Of a stretch of 64,000 nt of DNA, positions 51,089 to 64,000 are shown in pieces. The position numbers were made by a program, and so were the translations under genes. The notes under the pieces were generated by a model that was not told the DNA's origin, did not search any database, and worked only from the letters and a program-made list of their open reading frames with translations. Source of the stretch: Geosiphon pyriformis uo1. Taxonomy: Eukaryota > Fungi > Glomeromycota. The stretch's first letter is position 1, and each line of letters starts with the position of its first letter. Location: assembly GCA_016748015.1 (NCBI GenBank), contig JAAOMT010000294.1:288541-352540 (forward strand). Direction: 5' to 3'.

Positions 51089-52351
51089 ATGTCAGAACAG
51101 GAATTTTCTACGGTTATTCAAGAAGTACCCGTGACATGGCAACGACCAGTTCCTCAAGGCCTTGAAAAGGTTTTGGGCAATGCGGGTAAGACAGAAAATT
51201 GTTTTAGAAAAGATAGTAATTCATCCTTTCTTTTACCTATGAATTCGAAGGTACTCCACGCGCCACAATTGCTGCTTCCCGAGAACGTCCCCATGGAACC
51301 CCTGGGCGAAAAATTTCACATCGAACGGTATTAGAATTGTAATATCTACATTCCCAAAATTTTGGCTCTTCCTAAAGTAGTACGTCTTATACGATTGTTG
51401 TCGTACTTTTTTTTGTAAAGGTTCTTCAACAACATGTGGACTTTTTCGACGAGGATAATGATGGTATCATCCGAATATTTGACACGTATAGAGGTATTTT
51501 GAAAAATAAATTTCCCTTTCTCCTTCTATATGTAGTTTAAAGATTCTATCCAATTTCATCTTTGAAAGGATTCCGTTCTCTGGGATTCAATTTCCCCTTT
51601 TGCTTGTTCGCCGCCTTTGTAATTCATGGCTCAATGGCCTGGGTTTCCCAACCATATTGGTTCCCAAATCCGCTGTTGTATATTTACACTGAAAACATTA
51701 ACAAATGTAAACATGGCTCTGATTCCGAGACTTATGATACCGAGGTATTAGATTTAAATACGATTGATTGTTTTAATGAAGACGAATTTAAAATCTTTGT
51801 TCATAATCGTTCATGTTTAGGGACGCTATGTTCCAGAGAAATTTGAAGAAATCTTCACAAAATACGATCGAGACAACAAGGGAGGATTAAGTATCTGGGA
51901 TATTGGCAGACTTTGCTATGGAAATGGGAATGTTTTAGATATCTTTGGTCAGTTTTCTTGAACTTGGTGCAAAAACACTTTTGATATCGGTTTTTTAAGT
52001 TTTGGTTTTGATTATTTCAGGCTGGTTAGCAATGATTTTTGAGTGGGGCACAACTTATTTCTTAGCACAAAAGGACGGCATCTTGTATAAAGAAGATGTT
52101 CGTGCTCAATACGATGTGAGTTAAATTCTATTTTATTAGGGTTCATTTAAAAGATTTAAGGGTTTCGTTTCTAATCATCTTAATGTAAAAATTTTATCCA
52201 ACTATTCAAGGGTTCCCTTTTCTACAAGATAGCTGAAGAACGTGGGCAAAAGACACGAAAGGGGTATTATTCATCAAGAAATTCTGGAAACTCTAATGGA
52301 AATGGAAATGATGGCAACGGCTATGGTAGGACTATAAAGAAAAGACTATAG
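51089..52351 (+). CDS. Caleosin / peroxygenase, 7 exons: 51089-51185, 51251-51327, 51421-51493, 51569-51744, 51821-51947, 52021-52115, 52211-52351
   Basis: GT-AG splicing gives an open frame with VLQQHVDFFDEDNDGII (His plus EF-hand), a hydrophobic proline-knot segment, KHGSDSETYDTEGRYVPEKFEEIF, FEWG and YDGSLF. Confidence 0.93.
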
Positions 52352-52659
52352 TTATTTAATATTTCATAACTTTTGTCTTTAGCTGATAGCCGAATAAGCG
52401 AGATCTAGTAATAACTGTGTGCATGTAACTTTATACTGAAAGAATAAAATGTTTCTTGTTAGTCACCTATATTTTCACATTTAAATAAACTGAGATATAA
52501 CTGTCCATTTTGGAAGGATATTGCAAAAGGTTTTATTTGAAATTCGAGGGCTGAAATTTTAACTCGCCAAAATATTTAAATTTGCTCAACAATCCCATAA
52601 GGATATACAGATAATAGATGCTCAATCCCCTCGCCAAACGAAATGAATAATACACTGAA

Positions 52660-52866
52660 ATATGATAAAACAATTTGAAACAGCTGGCGAAAGCAATATC
52701 AGCAAACAAGCCCTATTTAATGCAGTTTACAAACACAGGTTGCTATTAAAATATATTGGAATTCTGGGGTTTCTTTTCGTCATGGAAGTGGATATACAAT
52801 GGATGAAAGCCAGGCTTTCAAATATTACCAAGGTTTAGCCGATGAAGGACTTGCCAACAAGGGTTG
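52660..52866 (+). pseudogene. SEL1-like repeat protein relic
   Basis: With one frameshift it reads YIGILGFLFRHGSGYTMDESQAFKYYQGLADEG; no complete gene is visible. Confidence 0.45.
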
Positions 52867-54579
52867 ACAAACCACATTATTAAGTAAATATCAGATGATA
52901 TTACTTATTTATTTCAATATTTTATGTATTTATCATTTTAAATGAAACATTTTTATATAGAATTATTCATTCATAGTTTTCTAAAAGCAAAAAAAAACTC
53001 ATTTTTTATAAAAAATTTGTTGAAGAAAAGATTTTATAATATTTTTTGGGACAAGACAAAAGGATTTTTGCTCTTATGCTAGCACTTTATCATGTTTTTG
53101 AGAAGTTAAAAGGCTTTTTCTTCAAAAAATTTTATTCTTTCTCAATCATAATTGAAGTGTTTATAGATCCATTTTATGTACTTATAACTGTAATGGTTTT
53201 TGATAAGAATTTTTATTCCCTACTTTATTCAAATAGTTTTAAATAGTTAAATGAAAGACTTTTATATATAATTTTCTAATAATTTTTAATGACAAAGATA
53301 TATTTGAAGGGAATACCTGTTCGGACATGTATTTTAGTTTCACAAATTTAGTAAAGCTTGGCGTTAATTTTTTTCTTCGAAGTTGACACTTCTTTCCGAA
53401 AAAAAAAGAATTGACATATGCCACTTTTACTAAATTTGAGCTAAAAACCTCAGGTAAGTTATATTCATATGATGCAAATTATAAATTGTGGAAAGTTTAA
53501 TATAAAGTATTGATCTTTTTAAGGTTGAAAAAAATTTTTAAATTACTCTTAAAGGGGGAAGCAGCGGGGGTAAGAAAGCCAAGTAAATTGTTTAATTGAA
53601 CTATTAAATAGAGATATTTTTCATGAGAAATGAGGTTAAGAAAAAATATCGACATATGAAAACGAAATTTTAAATATTAAAAATATTCTTTTTTTCAAAT
53701 TATAATTTTTTCAGCGATAAAATATTTCTAAATAATATTAATACAAATACTAAAATATGACTCCAATTTAATTTGCTTTTGCCATATCCTATAAAAAGGT
53801 TCTGTATCAAAAAATCTCGAACTTTCATTTTTATGCTAATTAAAAAATTTATTCACCAAAATAAATTAGGAGTTGTCTTTTATATTGCAATTACTTTGTT
53901 CATACTTTGGGATTCTCAGAATTAAATAAAAAGTAAAAGAAATCATATATAGTCATAAAATCTTTTAACTACTGAATTTTTATAAATATGCTCCAATTTA
54001 AATAATTCACTTCTAAAAAATTTTTAAAAGGCCCCTTTAAACACTAATAACGATATTTTAATGAATCAATCATAAATTTCAGTTTAAGGTTAAAAGTAAA
54101 ATACAAAATACTTTGATTTTATTTATGATGATGAACTAAAGGCATAAATACTGATGGTTTTTACCATTATCTGAAACCTTCGATCGCTAGAAACCTTTTC
54201 AATACCTATAATCTGAGACTCCTTTCAAAAATAATTTAAAAAGAGAATTATAATGGATCTTAACTCGAGATATTCTTCCGATTCTAACTTGGTATTTCAA
54301 AAAATAAAAAATTGGAATCTTTTTAATTTGACGGGTTAATTAGTTTTTATAAATTTTCTTATTCTTGAATACTCAATTGTGTGGTTTTTTGACCTGTCGA
54401 TTAAAAAGTCAAATAAAAAAATAAACGATATCAATCAACCTTTCTCATCGGAAAACGATGCTTTGTTATTGGGACGTAATTTAACACATGGGAAAAATGC
54501 ACTAGATTTGGATTTTATTTTTCTTTGTTAAATTTATCGTTGAAAAATCAAGAAACTCATGAGATAACTACATTTTCAA

Positions 54580-55953
54580 TCAAAAGTATTCTGCTCCTCT
54601 AATCCATTCTGGAACGCCTGGGCCAAATGATATTGAAGGTGGATCGCTCTCGAAGATTTCTTTCTGCTTCATAATACTCTTTTTGCTTGCTTATGCAGGT
54701 GCTGGTCTCACCTTAATTCATTATCTTCCAATTATTTTCCCCGAACATAAATAGACATATTTTATAACCATTTTGGATTTTGAATTTTAGTAATTCTAAA
54801 GGAAGTGAAACATTTTTTTGGAAATCTCTATAAAAATATTTTTTAGAGTAGAAAATAAAATTTTAAAAATTATACGCCCTACATCTCCTTAATGATAATA
54901 ATCACAGCATGATTTATTTTTTAAAAAAATCAAGGGTTTAGGTTTTTTTTAATGCATAAAGTGATCAAAATAAACAAAGTAACGGATAAATTATTTGATA
55001 TGCAATGAATTTTTCAGGTAAAAAAATTTTCTACACAATTATAATCTGGTATCTTGGGAATAAAAGAAATCATAAAATTTTTAAAATAAAAATGTTTAAT
55101 CCAAAAAGGGTTCTTTGCTAAATATTCAATCACATATCCAGTAACAAGATCACTGATAATGAAACAAATCTGCCTATATCTATCAACGATTACTGATGAA
55201 CAATGCCGAATTCAATCAAGTTGACAAAATAATCGTACAAGAATTATTAAAAGAGCGATCAGCTTTTAAGAACATAAATGGGCGTCAAAACGTTCTGGTT
55301 TTCACATGGATGATTTAGAATAAAACGGTTTAATTTTTGGTTGAGAAAGCATCCTTTCAATGGATCTAAATTTTTCTTATAAATCCGACCTTTTAATACA
55401 AAAAATAAATAATTTATCTTTCTTATCAGAGGTTTTAACCTGTTATTATTTGGAAATTGAAAATTCTTTTTTTAATTAATTGGGAGAATTTAAGATTAAC
55501 TTTCATCCCCAACTATTTTTAATCTCTTGGCCGTTTTATCATTTGAACTTTTAATTTTTTTACCAATATGTTTGGACCAGATTGGGTACGTGTTAGAATT
55601 CAAAGTTTTAAATGTTTCGTATTTAATTCCCTTTTGAAGAAACTTTTTTTTTTACTTTATTGTCTGACTCATTTAATTCAACAATGATGTAAAAAATTAG
55701 ATTGAGTTTTATAAATCTCTTGGATTTGCAGATATGTGAGCGATTTTTATATTACTTTTTTAATTTTTAAAAATTAATCGTCTAATCAAAAATCGTTTCT
55801 TTTATTTTAGAATTGCTGGAATTCCAGCTATGTTAGTCATATATACTGTTATCCCAAGTGTAGTGTATACAGTACGACAGAGAAGTAATAAAGGAAATTG
55901 GTATGTGCCTCCTGAAGCTAGGGATGAATCATTACCTATGCATGCTAAACTGG
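54580..55953 (+). pseudogene. Possible exons of a small membrane protein; gene model unresolved
   Basis: Hydrophobic frames at ~54580-54750 and 55500-55585; clean ag/gt exon at ~55811-55952 (IAGIPAMLVIYTVIPSVV...); I could not build a stop-free model. Confidence 0.3.
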
Positions 55954-57047
55954 TAAGTGATATGAATGATATATAGTTTTGAAATAAGTATTTTTCTTTT
56001 TCTTTTTTTCTTTTTCCTCATCACTTTCAACTTATCGTTATATTATTTTCTCTGACGATAAAATCAGTTGATTTTAAGAAGTTTAGCATTCATGTTTACG
56101 ATAAAATATATCGCTCAGTATATATTTCGGCATCCATCGAGCGAAGTTTTTGTTTCAGGTGCTTTGTTAACTGTTGCGGTTAGTTTATGAAAATTTTATT
56201 TTTCTCTACGAGATTATGAGAAAATAAAGTTTATTAATTTATCAATTTAAATTTCAACGATGACAGTTAATCACCGTAACAATTTATCACTATGAGAACC
56301 TTGGAATAATTAAACCTGCACTTCCCCTCTCAGTCCTTTGGGGGGTCACCACTTTAACAACCATGTTATATTACTTCACATCAACACATGACGTATCCCA
56401 CGAGATTTATATCGTTTCGAGTATTATGATGTTTATTTTGGAATTTTTATCGCCTCGTACTGAGCAGCCTCATGTAGTATGTTATCACCAAGGACCGCAT
56501 TTGCTATTATAATGATCTTAAAAACCAATCTGGATCACACTAATATAATAATATCAATCGAATATTTTCATTCTTAATTTGTAGAAGACACTGAGGCCAT
56601 CTCTGCCCAACGCACATAAACCACTTAGTGGTATCGATATGCCTTCCGTAGATAATAAAAAAGAAGAGTGAATTACCTAAAAAAATTTATCATAATTTAA
56701 ACTTTCTTTTAGCTTTGATCTTTTATAGAATTTTCCCAAAAATTAGTAATTATTATTGATTTCACTTTTTAGATGCTCGCTTATATAATATATTTATATC
56801 TCAAAAAAAAATTTTATGAATACCAAACATAGAATTTAAAGGGTTTTAATATTCAGAAAGTTCATTTTTTTAGAAAAGTTTAAATGATCTTTTTTTGATT
56901 CGGGTGTTAATCGATATGCTTTCTCTAAATACCTCAAATTAAAGAACGCACGATCTCATGATTTTCCAATTTCTTAATTTAAAATGGGCGTTTATCGGAT
57001 TCGATTTAGTTATCAATCGGCAAAGGTTGGCAATCACTGAAATAAAA

Positions 57048-57080
<33 letters not shown>

Positions 57081-57100
57081 TATTATTATTATTATTATTA
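57048..57100. repeat. (AAT)n/(ATT)n inverted microsatellite
   Basis: Perfect palindrome at 57059-57100. Confidence 0.9.
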
Positions 57101-57971
57101 AAGGTCTGTTTACAAACCAATGTATGATTAATTATTCATATATTGGATAGTTTCAAATGAGCCTTTGAAGCTGACGATTTTGGAATTAAAAGTTGATTTA
57201 CAAAAATCTTTCCATTCTTTAATTTCTCTTTTAATTTTCATTAATTCGTTTGGGTAATTAAATAAACAATGAGTATTTTATTCATTTTTTACAATTAGAA
57301 ATTCAATTTTTTTTTTACATGATTTCCCAAATAGGAATTTTCGAAAATTATAGGTGTATTTTAAGTAGCGATATACATGTATTTGGAATTTTTAAATAAA
57401 AACCCGGGCAATGTACAACTCAAGTTTATGATATAATCTTAAAGTGGGTTAGACCCCCGAATAATTATCAGATTATCTGTTCATATCTCCTGAAAATTTG
57501 AAATGAACATCACCAAATTTATTTATTTATTCATTAAAGCCTTGGGATTTCTCGGAATTTCATGCTAGTTTTGTCAATAGGAAATACATATATATACATA
57601 ATAGTTACCAAGTCTCAATATAAGCTTTTAATTGGTAATCTATCCTATTTATCAAAAAAATTTTAAATTTTAAATCTCTTAATTTTAGCACAGGTATCAA
57701 TATAAAATATACTAGTACATGTATTGGGATCATAGAGAAAAAAAAGCTTAGACAGAATTGAGTCCAATATTAAAAGTTAGAAAGTTTATAAAAATTAGTA
57801 GTTACTTAAGTAATTATGGAAATGTAAAAGTAAATTTTTGTTATTTTTAAGTACAATAAATTTAAATTGTGAGAGCTAAGTAAAAAATTATTATACAAAA
57901 CAATTATTCAAAATTTTCTAAAATGATTCAAACTAGTGTGGAGCTAAATCAAATTGATAACGTCGTCGTCG

Positions 57972-60900
57972 TCATCCCTCGATTTCAGATGAGGGTCGTG
58001 GGGAGATTGGCATCATATGATTCGTTTTAGATGTTGGCCCAATCATTTCTGATGCTTGCTGATATATTCGACCCCCGCAGTACATGATAAATAAGTCAAA
58101 AGTTTTACTAATAATGTTATTGAGTAATACAACCGAAGTTACGATAAGTGTTGATAATGGAATTATACTATATGATACCGTCGAACGTAAATATAATATC
58201 TAAAATTTTGTAATTTAATAACGAATATTTTAAAGTTAGATAATTCAGGAATGGAAAAATATTTATTTGAACTAACCTGAATTAAAAGTTGCGGAATATC
58301 TTCAATTAAGATATTCACTGTTGAACCCCAAAATATCCACACCTCGGTCTTAGCAGTAAACGGAGCGCTAAACATATCGAATCCGAAAAGTTGTGAGGAT
58401 AAGATTTTCAATACCTCAATATTAGAACCTGCTAAAATTGTAAATGCTGAAGCGACTTTATTCCATTTTCGGAACCATTGATTAAACTCCTCATCTTTTG
58501 TTTGTTGCGCCATAATAAAATAAGCCATGATAGAATTGAAGGCAATTGGAAAGGAAAAAAAGATTATGCTATATTAATTTATAAAAAAGAAGTACTATTA
58601 ATGCTAGTTTGAGAGAGATTTCAAGTTAATCACACTAAGACGCTATAGATACCTTGGAGCATAAAGCCAAGGAACATCTCTGCTATTCTCGATAATAAAT
58701 AAGGTATCAAACACAAGGTCAACGATAGCAAGGACGAACCGAAAAATAATCATATTATTGGCCTAATAAAAAATTTATTAATAAGAGCTTTAGTTGGAAG
58801 TTTAGTTATATATGGGAAGAATACTATGTTTAACTTACCTTTTGCTTTTTCCTACACGCTATTAGGTAAAATATACATAGGAGGAAAAAACATCCTGAAG
58901 CAATAGCTAATTTATATCTGATTTCATACCAAAGATTTGCTTTATCAAGAAGAGATGTTAAGTTAATTGATTATATTAAAAATTAGAAAAAACGTAATTA
59001 ATTTATTAAAACATATACTTACGTATTTGCTGGAATCCAAATTGCTCATCTAGGAGGTTTGTAAGGTTATAATTCGCTAGAGCTGTCATTTTCTTATTCA
59101 TGATCAAGCCATTTGCAGCAAAAATAATATCCTTCACATTAAGCTCATCTAAATCCTTTGTAGATCGTACTTGAAATTGTAACAATCTCTGTTTATTGGA
59201 TTTTCCATCGGCTTGGTGTCGATTTGTTGCTTTCAAACGCGACGACTCAATGGGAATTGTTTCAGCTAGCTGATATTGTAGCTGTTTAATAAATTCGGTT
59301 TTTCCAGGCGAGGGAAGAGCATTAAATTGTCTTGTGCCTTCTGGTGTAAGTCTCACCAAAGCCATTGTGGAATCTAAATATAAAATTTAAATAGAGAAAA
59401 TATAAGAATTGCTAGTTTTAAAAATAGATGATATTGAATAATTTAGCATACCAGCATATTTAATATGAGGGTTTTCTAATTTGATTAAATAAATTACTCA
59501 TTAAATCTTTAGAGAATTGGAAGAGGAAGTGAAAAGTATCAAAATAACCTTTACCTGCTTGGGTTGTAATATTCCAAAAGTGACTTTTTATTCCATAGAG
59601 CGGCTCGTTTGCACTAGAAGTTTTAACAAAATTATTATCAACTAATACATAGTAAGACGTATCACGTTTATTAAATGTTGTTGGGAAAACTTGACAGCTA
59701 ATAGTAAAGGTATTATTGATAAGTGTACATAAATCAGATCGAGATGAGAAAGTTTGTCTGAGAAGATCATTGGCACCATCCCGATATTGATATATTGAAA
59801 TATTCGCCGTTGATGAAGCTAAGGGATATTTATAGGTAATATTGATCTGGTCAGTTGCCATTACATCAATCTTTTTCCCGAAAGGCTCCACATTAACGAT
59901 ATTTGGATTTTCAAAGCCTAGATCTTTTTTATAAAATGAAATAATTAACTGAATTGTATATTATTTAAAGAAAATTTCAAAGAACTGCCTACCATCGACC
60001 ATAAGTCTAGGAAGTGGACTTGATATTAATGTCCAACTTTCTTTTGATTTTAGATGGTGATAAGCTAACCACAGGGTATTATTTGGTAAAACACCTTGAC
60101 CCATAAATTTTTTAAGTGGCATATTATCCGGCAATGACCAATATTGTCGAAAGGTACCATTACGATTGTAAATAAGTCCTAAGATGCTCTTGTTGGTTAA
60201 GTTCAAGTTAATTGTCACATAGCCTCCATAGTACATTGGTCTGATTTTATATATCCATGATTGGTTAATAGTTTTATTTCCATCTCCTTCGATATTAAAT
60301 TGTTCAATGGTGTTGATTGATCCAGATGAATAAAAAGAAACCTTCATAAAAGCTGATAGCGTCGTATTTCCTTTATTCTCTTGACCTAATAAAATACATG
60401 TATAGCTTTCAGAAGAATTCAATTTTCAATATTTAGTGGTTTTAAAGAAAAGTTTTCTCTTGAGAAATAATCAGCAACATAATTTTCTTTACCCGCTAGA
60501 ATCATAATGAGAACCGCAATCGCATATTTCCAAGCTTTTCAGATTCATAATTGTTTGATATATTAATAAAGGTTGACTCGTATGTTCAACCTCAGGGTAC
60601 ACCAAGGATACAAATGTATACCACTCTGGTTGTAATGGAATTGTTGAATTATCTTCCGAATAAGTGACTTTTCGAGTATTTCTGGCAGTTAAAGCAATCC
60701 CATAATTTTCATCAACTGTTGGGAAGACCTTAAATCTAAATAGGTCAGTATTTTTCTGGGGAAATATGGTGCCATTTTTATCTTGTTTGATATGACCCTT
60801 TTCATCCCTTTTAAAAGGCAAAATAAGTTAGAATTTATTATTTATCAAAGAACTGAAAGAAATCTTAAATTAACTATGGCAACTTACGGAGGTGTAAATT

Positions 60901-61524
60901 GAAACCATTTCACATTTTTTTCAAAGCCTTGAGCCCAGAGGAAGCCTTTTGTTGGATTAGTATTTAATACAAGTACTTCTTTATAAACATTTGATTCTGT
61001 TAGTTCTATTGGACTAAATAATAATGGAAAAGGAATTAAATTTCAAAATTTACTAAATAATTTAAGTTGCGAAAAAGAAAAATATACCCATAAACAATAT
61101 TCCCAGACCAATCACTAATTATTGCAGATTTATTACCAATCCTTGTTTCAGTATCAGTTATATAGGTAATAAAGATATAATTTTTCCATAAAGGATATAT
61201 AAAGGTTAAAGATTCATTATAATTTGGGATTAAAGTAACATTAACATCTGGAGCAGTAATAGTTCCATTCGGTAAGACTAGACGAATCGATATGATCTTG
61301 TCATTGAACGTCTCTGTCATGTTTTCCTTTCTATACAGATGGAGAAGGACTGTACCATCCGCGTACGATGCAGAGTCATATAACATAATAAAATCCGAAT
61401 TTGGTTCATTATAAGTAATCTCTGAAGCAATACACTGGGTATATAAAAACTTGATAGCAAATATAATAAACAGAAAAATAGCTGACGACGAAAATCGCCA
61501 AATTGACCAACGAGATCTTAACAT
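57972..61524 (-). CDS. Multi-exon membrane protein: N-terminal signal/anchor, large N-glycosylated ectodomain, C-terminal multi-TM domain with EDIPQLLIQ
   Basis: ATG at 61524; exons checked at 61524-61088, 61013-60889 and 58199-57972; ORF blocks 60489..60821, 59961..60422, 59460..59891, 59006..59365, 58163..58528 are separated by short GT-AG introns; not every junction was checked. Confidence 0.8.
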
Positions 61525-62939
61525 ATCAGTGATAGAATTCAATAACTAAAGAAAAAATAATCAAAAAGTCACTCGAACAGCTCAGCGAAAGAAATTTGAT
61601 AAAGTGGGCTCTTCATACATAAGGCGTTTATAAGTATGTCGCTTTGGCTGTTTTAAAATTTTAAAACACATATAATACCTCCAATTTGTAACTAATTTTG
61701 GGTCTATTCACAAGATATGCAACAAATATTGATCGCTCTAGCCATTAATATAGAATAATTCTTTGTTTATTTTTCAATATTTGTTTTGGCGATATCAGTC
61801 TAATAAGTAAAGCAAAATAAAAGCGTTTTTGAAATCCGTCGAGGTCGTTGAAATGGCTGAAAAAGGTATATAGCGCTTCTTGAATAAACGAAAGATGGTA
61901 GAATTTCTGAATAGAAACGTTTAGAAAGGAACTAGACGGTAAAATAAAATATTGATTTATTAAATGCTATTGTATAGAGATTCTTAATTTTGAAAAAGCT
62001 TTGGGATAGATCTAGATGTGGTAAGTAAGTTGAGGTTTGTTTAGTAAATAGAAACTCATGTTGCTACTATTGGCTAATGTGTTCGCCGAAATAATGTCTA
62101 AATATAATAGAATTGCAAATCTATAAATTTAATTTACATTTATTATAATTTTTTTCATTATTTTAATTTTAATTAATTTTATAGGTTTTCCAAAAAATAA
62201 CATAATTGATAAAATTTTATGTTTTAATAAGTGTTAAAGATAACATTTTTTTAGAATACAACCAATAAAATATTTAATTTTTATAAGATATATTTTAATT
62301 ATTTCAAATATTTTAATTGAAATGAATTCAATTTTTACATTAAAATATTGAAAAGTAATATTAAATTTTTTATAACAAACTTGATAAAGAAATATACTTT
62401 GAAATCTTAATTTGGACATTTATGCGCCTTAAAATTTTTTGGTTAAGGATTGAACGTAAATCCTAATTAAGAAATAAACTCAAAATATGTGGTTGAAAAT
62501 TACTAGATTCTAAAATATATTTGCTATATTTGACGAAATTTTTGATGTGAAGTTTAAGATTCAATGTAATTAAATAAACTTTTTGAAATAGCCACTTAAA
62601 CTAGTCAAACAATTATTTTTGCCTATTAAAATACTTGTGAGAAATTTAAATATGCCTTTATGTTCTAAACTGTGTCGAGTAAGTGACCTCATATATTATT
62701 TCCATATATGCTCGTGGGTAGATTTTCAGGTGTTCCGGAAATTGCAGAATTTTATTTGATTGGTTATTAAAAAACGTGATACATAATAATTTTAATTGGG
62801 AGAAAAAGTAATAATCATGTGTTTAAAGTAATGTTTATCCGTTACCTGAATATGTAAAATAATAAAGTTAGGGAATTAAATAAAGAAAATGTATGAATAA
62901 AAAACGCATAAATACCTACCATTTTGACAAGTTGTGCTA

Positions 62940-63600
62940 TTATGCCCTGGTTGACTGCATCTACCAAAGGTGTATGTACATGATTTTCCTTTTTTTTTTT
63001 TTTTTGGTAATGGATTTATAATATTTGGTTTCTGGGTGTCTCTTTTGTCATAAAACTAGCGGATTTTCAATTGTTCCAGGTTAATTTTCCTTGTTTGCAT
63101 CATTGACTTGGATTTTGGAGGGTTCTTCAAGATTTTGATTTTGCACTGACCTGGTAAGTGTAGCTGTTATTTATTTATGCTGATTAATGAACTCTTTTAA
63201 TAATGACAACATTTTATCATGGTTATCATAATCAACAGCAAGTTGGGTGGTATTTTGTACCAGTTCTCAGACTTCTCCATATTTGACTTTTCGTTGTACT
63301 GCACAACATAGAATACATATCACGGATTTGGGTATAGTTGAGGGATTTGGCATTAATATTTTGTTCAGATGATTCTTTGTTGATTCTTGGTTCACAAAAC
63401 AACAGGCATTCACGATTATATCATTTGTTTTTTTGCTTATCATTATACCACTGAATAGGTATTATTTGAATATGAAATCTCACAATCTTTGAGTGTAGCA
63501 TCACTCTGAAATAATGACGACAAATAATGTCATGAGATATGTTGGACATACATGAACAATGATAAGAAATAGAATTAACTACTACTACAAAATGCAGGTG
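62940..63600 (+). pseudogene. Possible decayed membrane-protein (GPCR-like) exons
   Basis: GC-normal blocks bounded by splice-like sites, e.g. KLGGILYQFSDFSIF, followed by in-frame stops. Confidence 0.2.
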
Positions 63601-64000
63601 TGTGTCTTTAAATCTTATGTCTTTAATTTTTCAAAGTTCTTGAACATTTTTTTTGTCAACTTTAGCAATTATCGATTTCAAAAGGATTTGTTTGGCATTA
63701 TATAAATTTTCAACAAATCTATTTGTTATGTTAGTATTAGAATCTTAAAGACAATAAAATTTTAGACTTATCTAAATAACTTAAAATATTTGTATTATAT
63801 TTTATTTATCTTAACATAATTATTCACAGTATTTATTTGTTTTGCAACAAAATACAAATATTGTGTCATTTTCAACCATTTTGCAGATAATATGTAAGAA
63901 GTAAAATATTCATGATTAACCACAAATTACTATTTGTTGTTAATATGTATTTGATAATATACTTAAGATTTTTAACATAAAAAGTAGTTTGAATTCTAGT

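Noticed and set aside
53046-53424. Short ORFs 53046..53246 and 53239..53424 (also 62234..62419)
   Set aside because: Low-complexity F/K/I-rich translations of AT-rich intergenic DNA
55732-55735. 4-nt micro-exon (cag|atat|gtgag)
   Set aside because: Splice-like signals exist, but no stop-free model including it could be built

Overview
This is eukaryotic, very AT-rich DNA with short GT-AG introns. The gene and TE families suggest a Glomeromycotina-type fungus (inference, no search run). Bases 1 to ~50,100 are a nested, decayed retroelement graveyard with two LINE remnants and five Ty3/Gypsy LTR families, which I label A-E. A (14110-24833, -) carries a solo B LTR. C (24834-47933, +) is split by D (28193-46453, +), which is split by B (30139-39431, +). 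E (5882-8902, -) is two 1.4-kb LTRs around a 141-bp core, inserted in a LINE. An inverted, older C copy lies at 472-2478. All TE ORFs are broken, mostly by C>T/G>A changes. Bases ~50,100-64,000 are ordinary host DNA with a 7-exon caleosin gene, a multi-exon membrane-protein gene and some gene relics. Four observations stand out: (1) every resolvable LTR insertion sits at a 4-bp target centred on CpG or its deamination product; (2) A-D share an uncharacterised ~220-aa ORF3 between integrase and the 3' LTR that does not look like env; (3) A, B and D carry a Cys-rich module plus dUTPase between protease and RT; (4) RIP-like hypermutation is graded by TE age and stops sharply at the gene region. 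All coordinates and alignments were made by eye.
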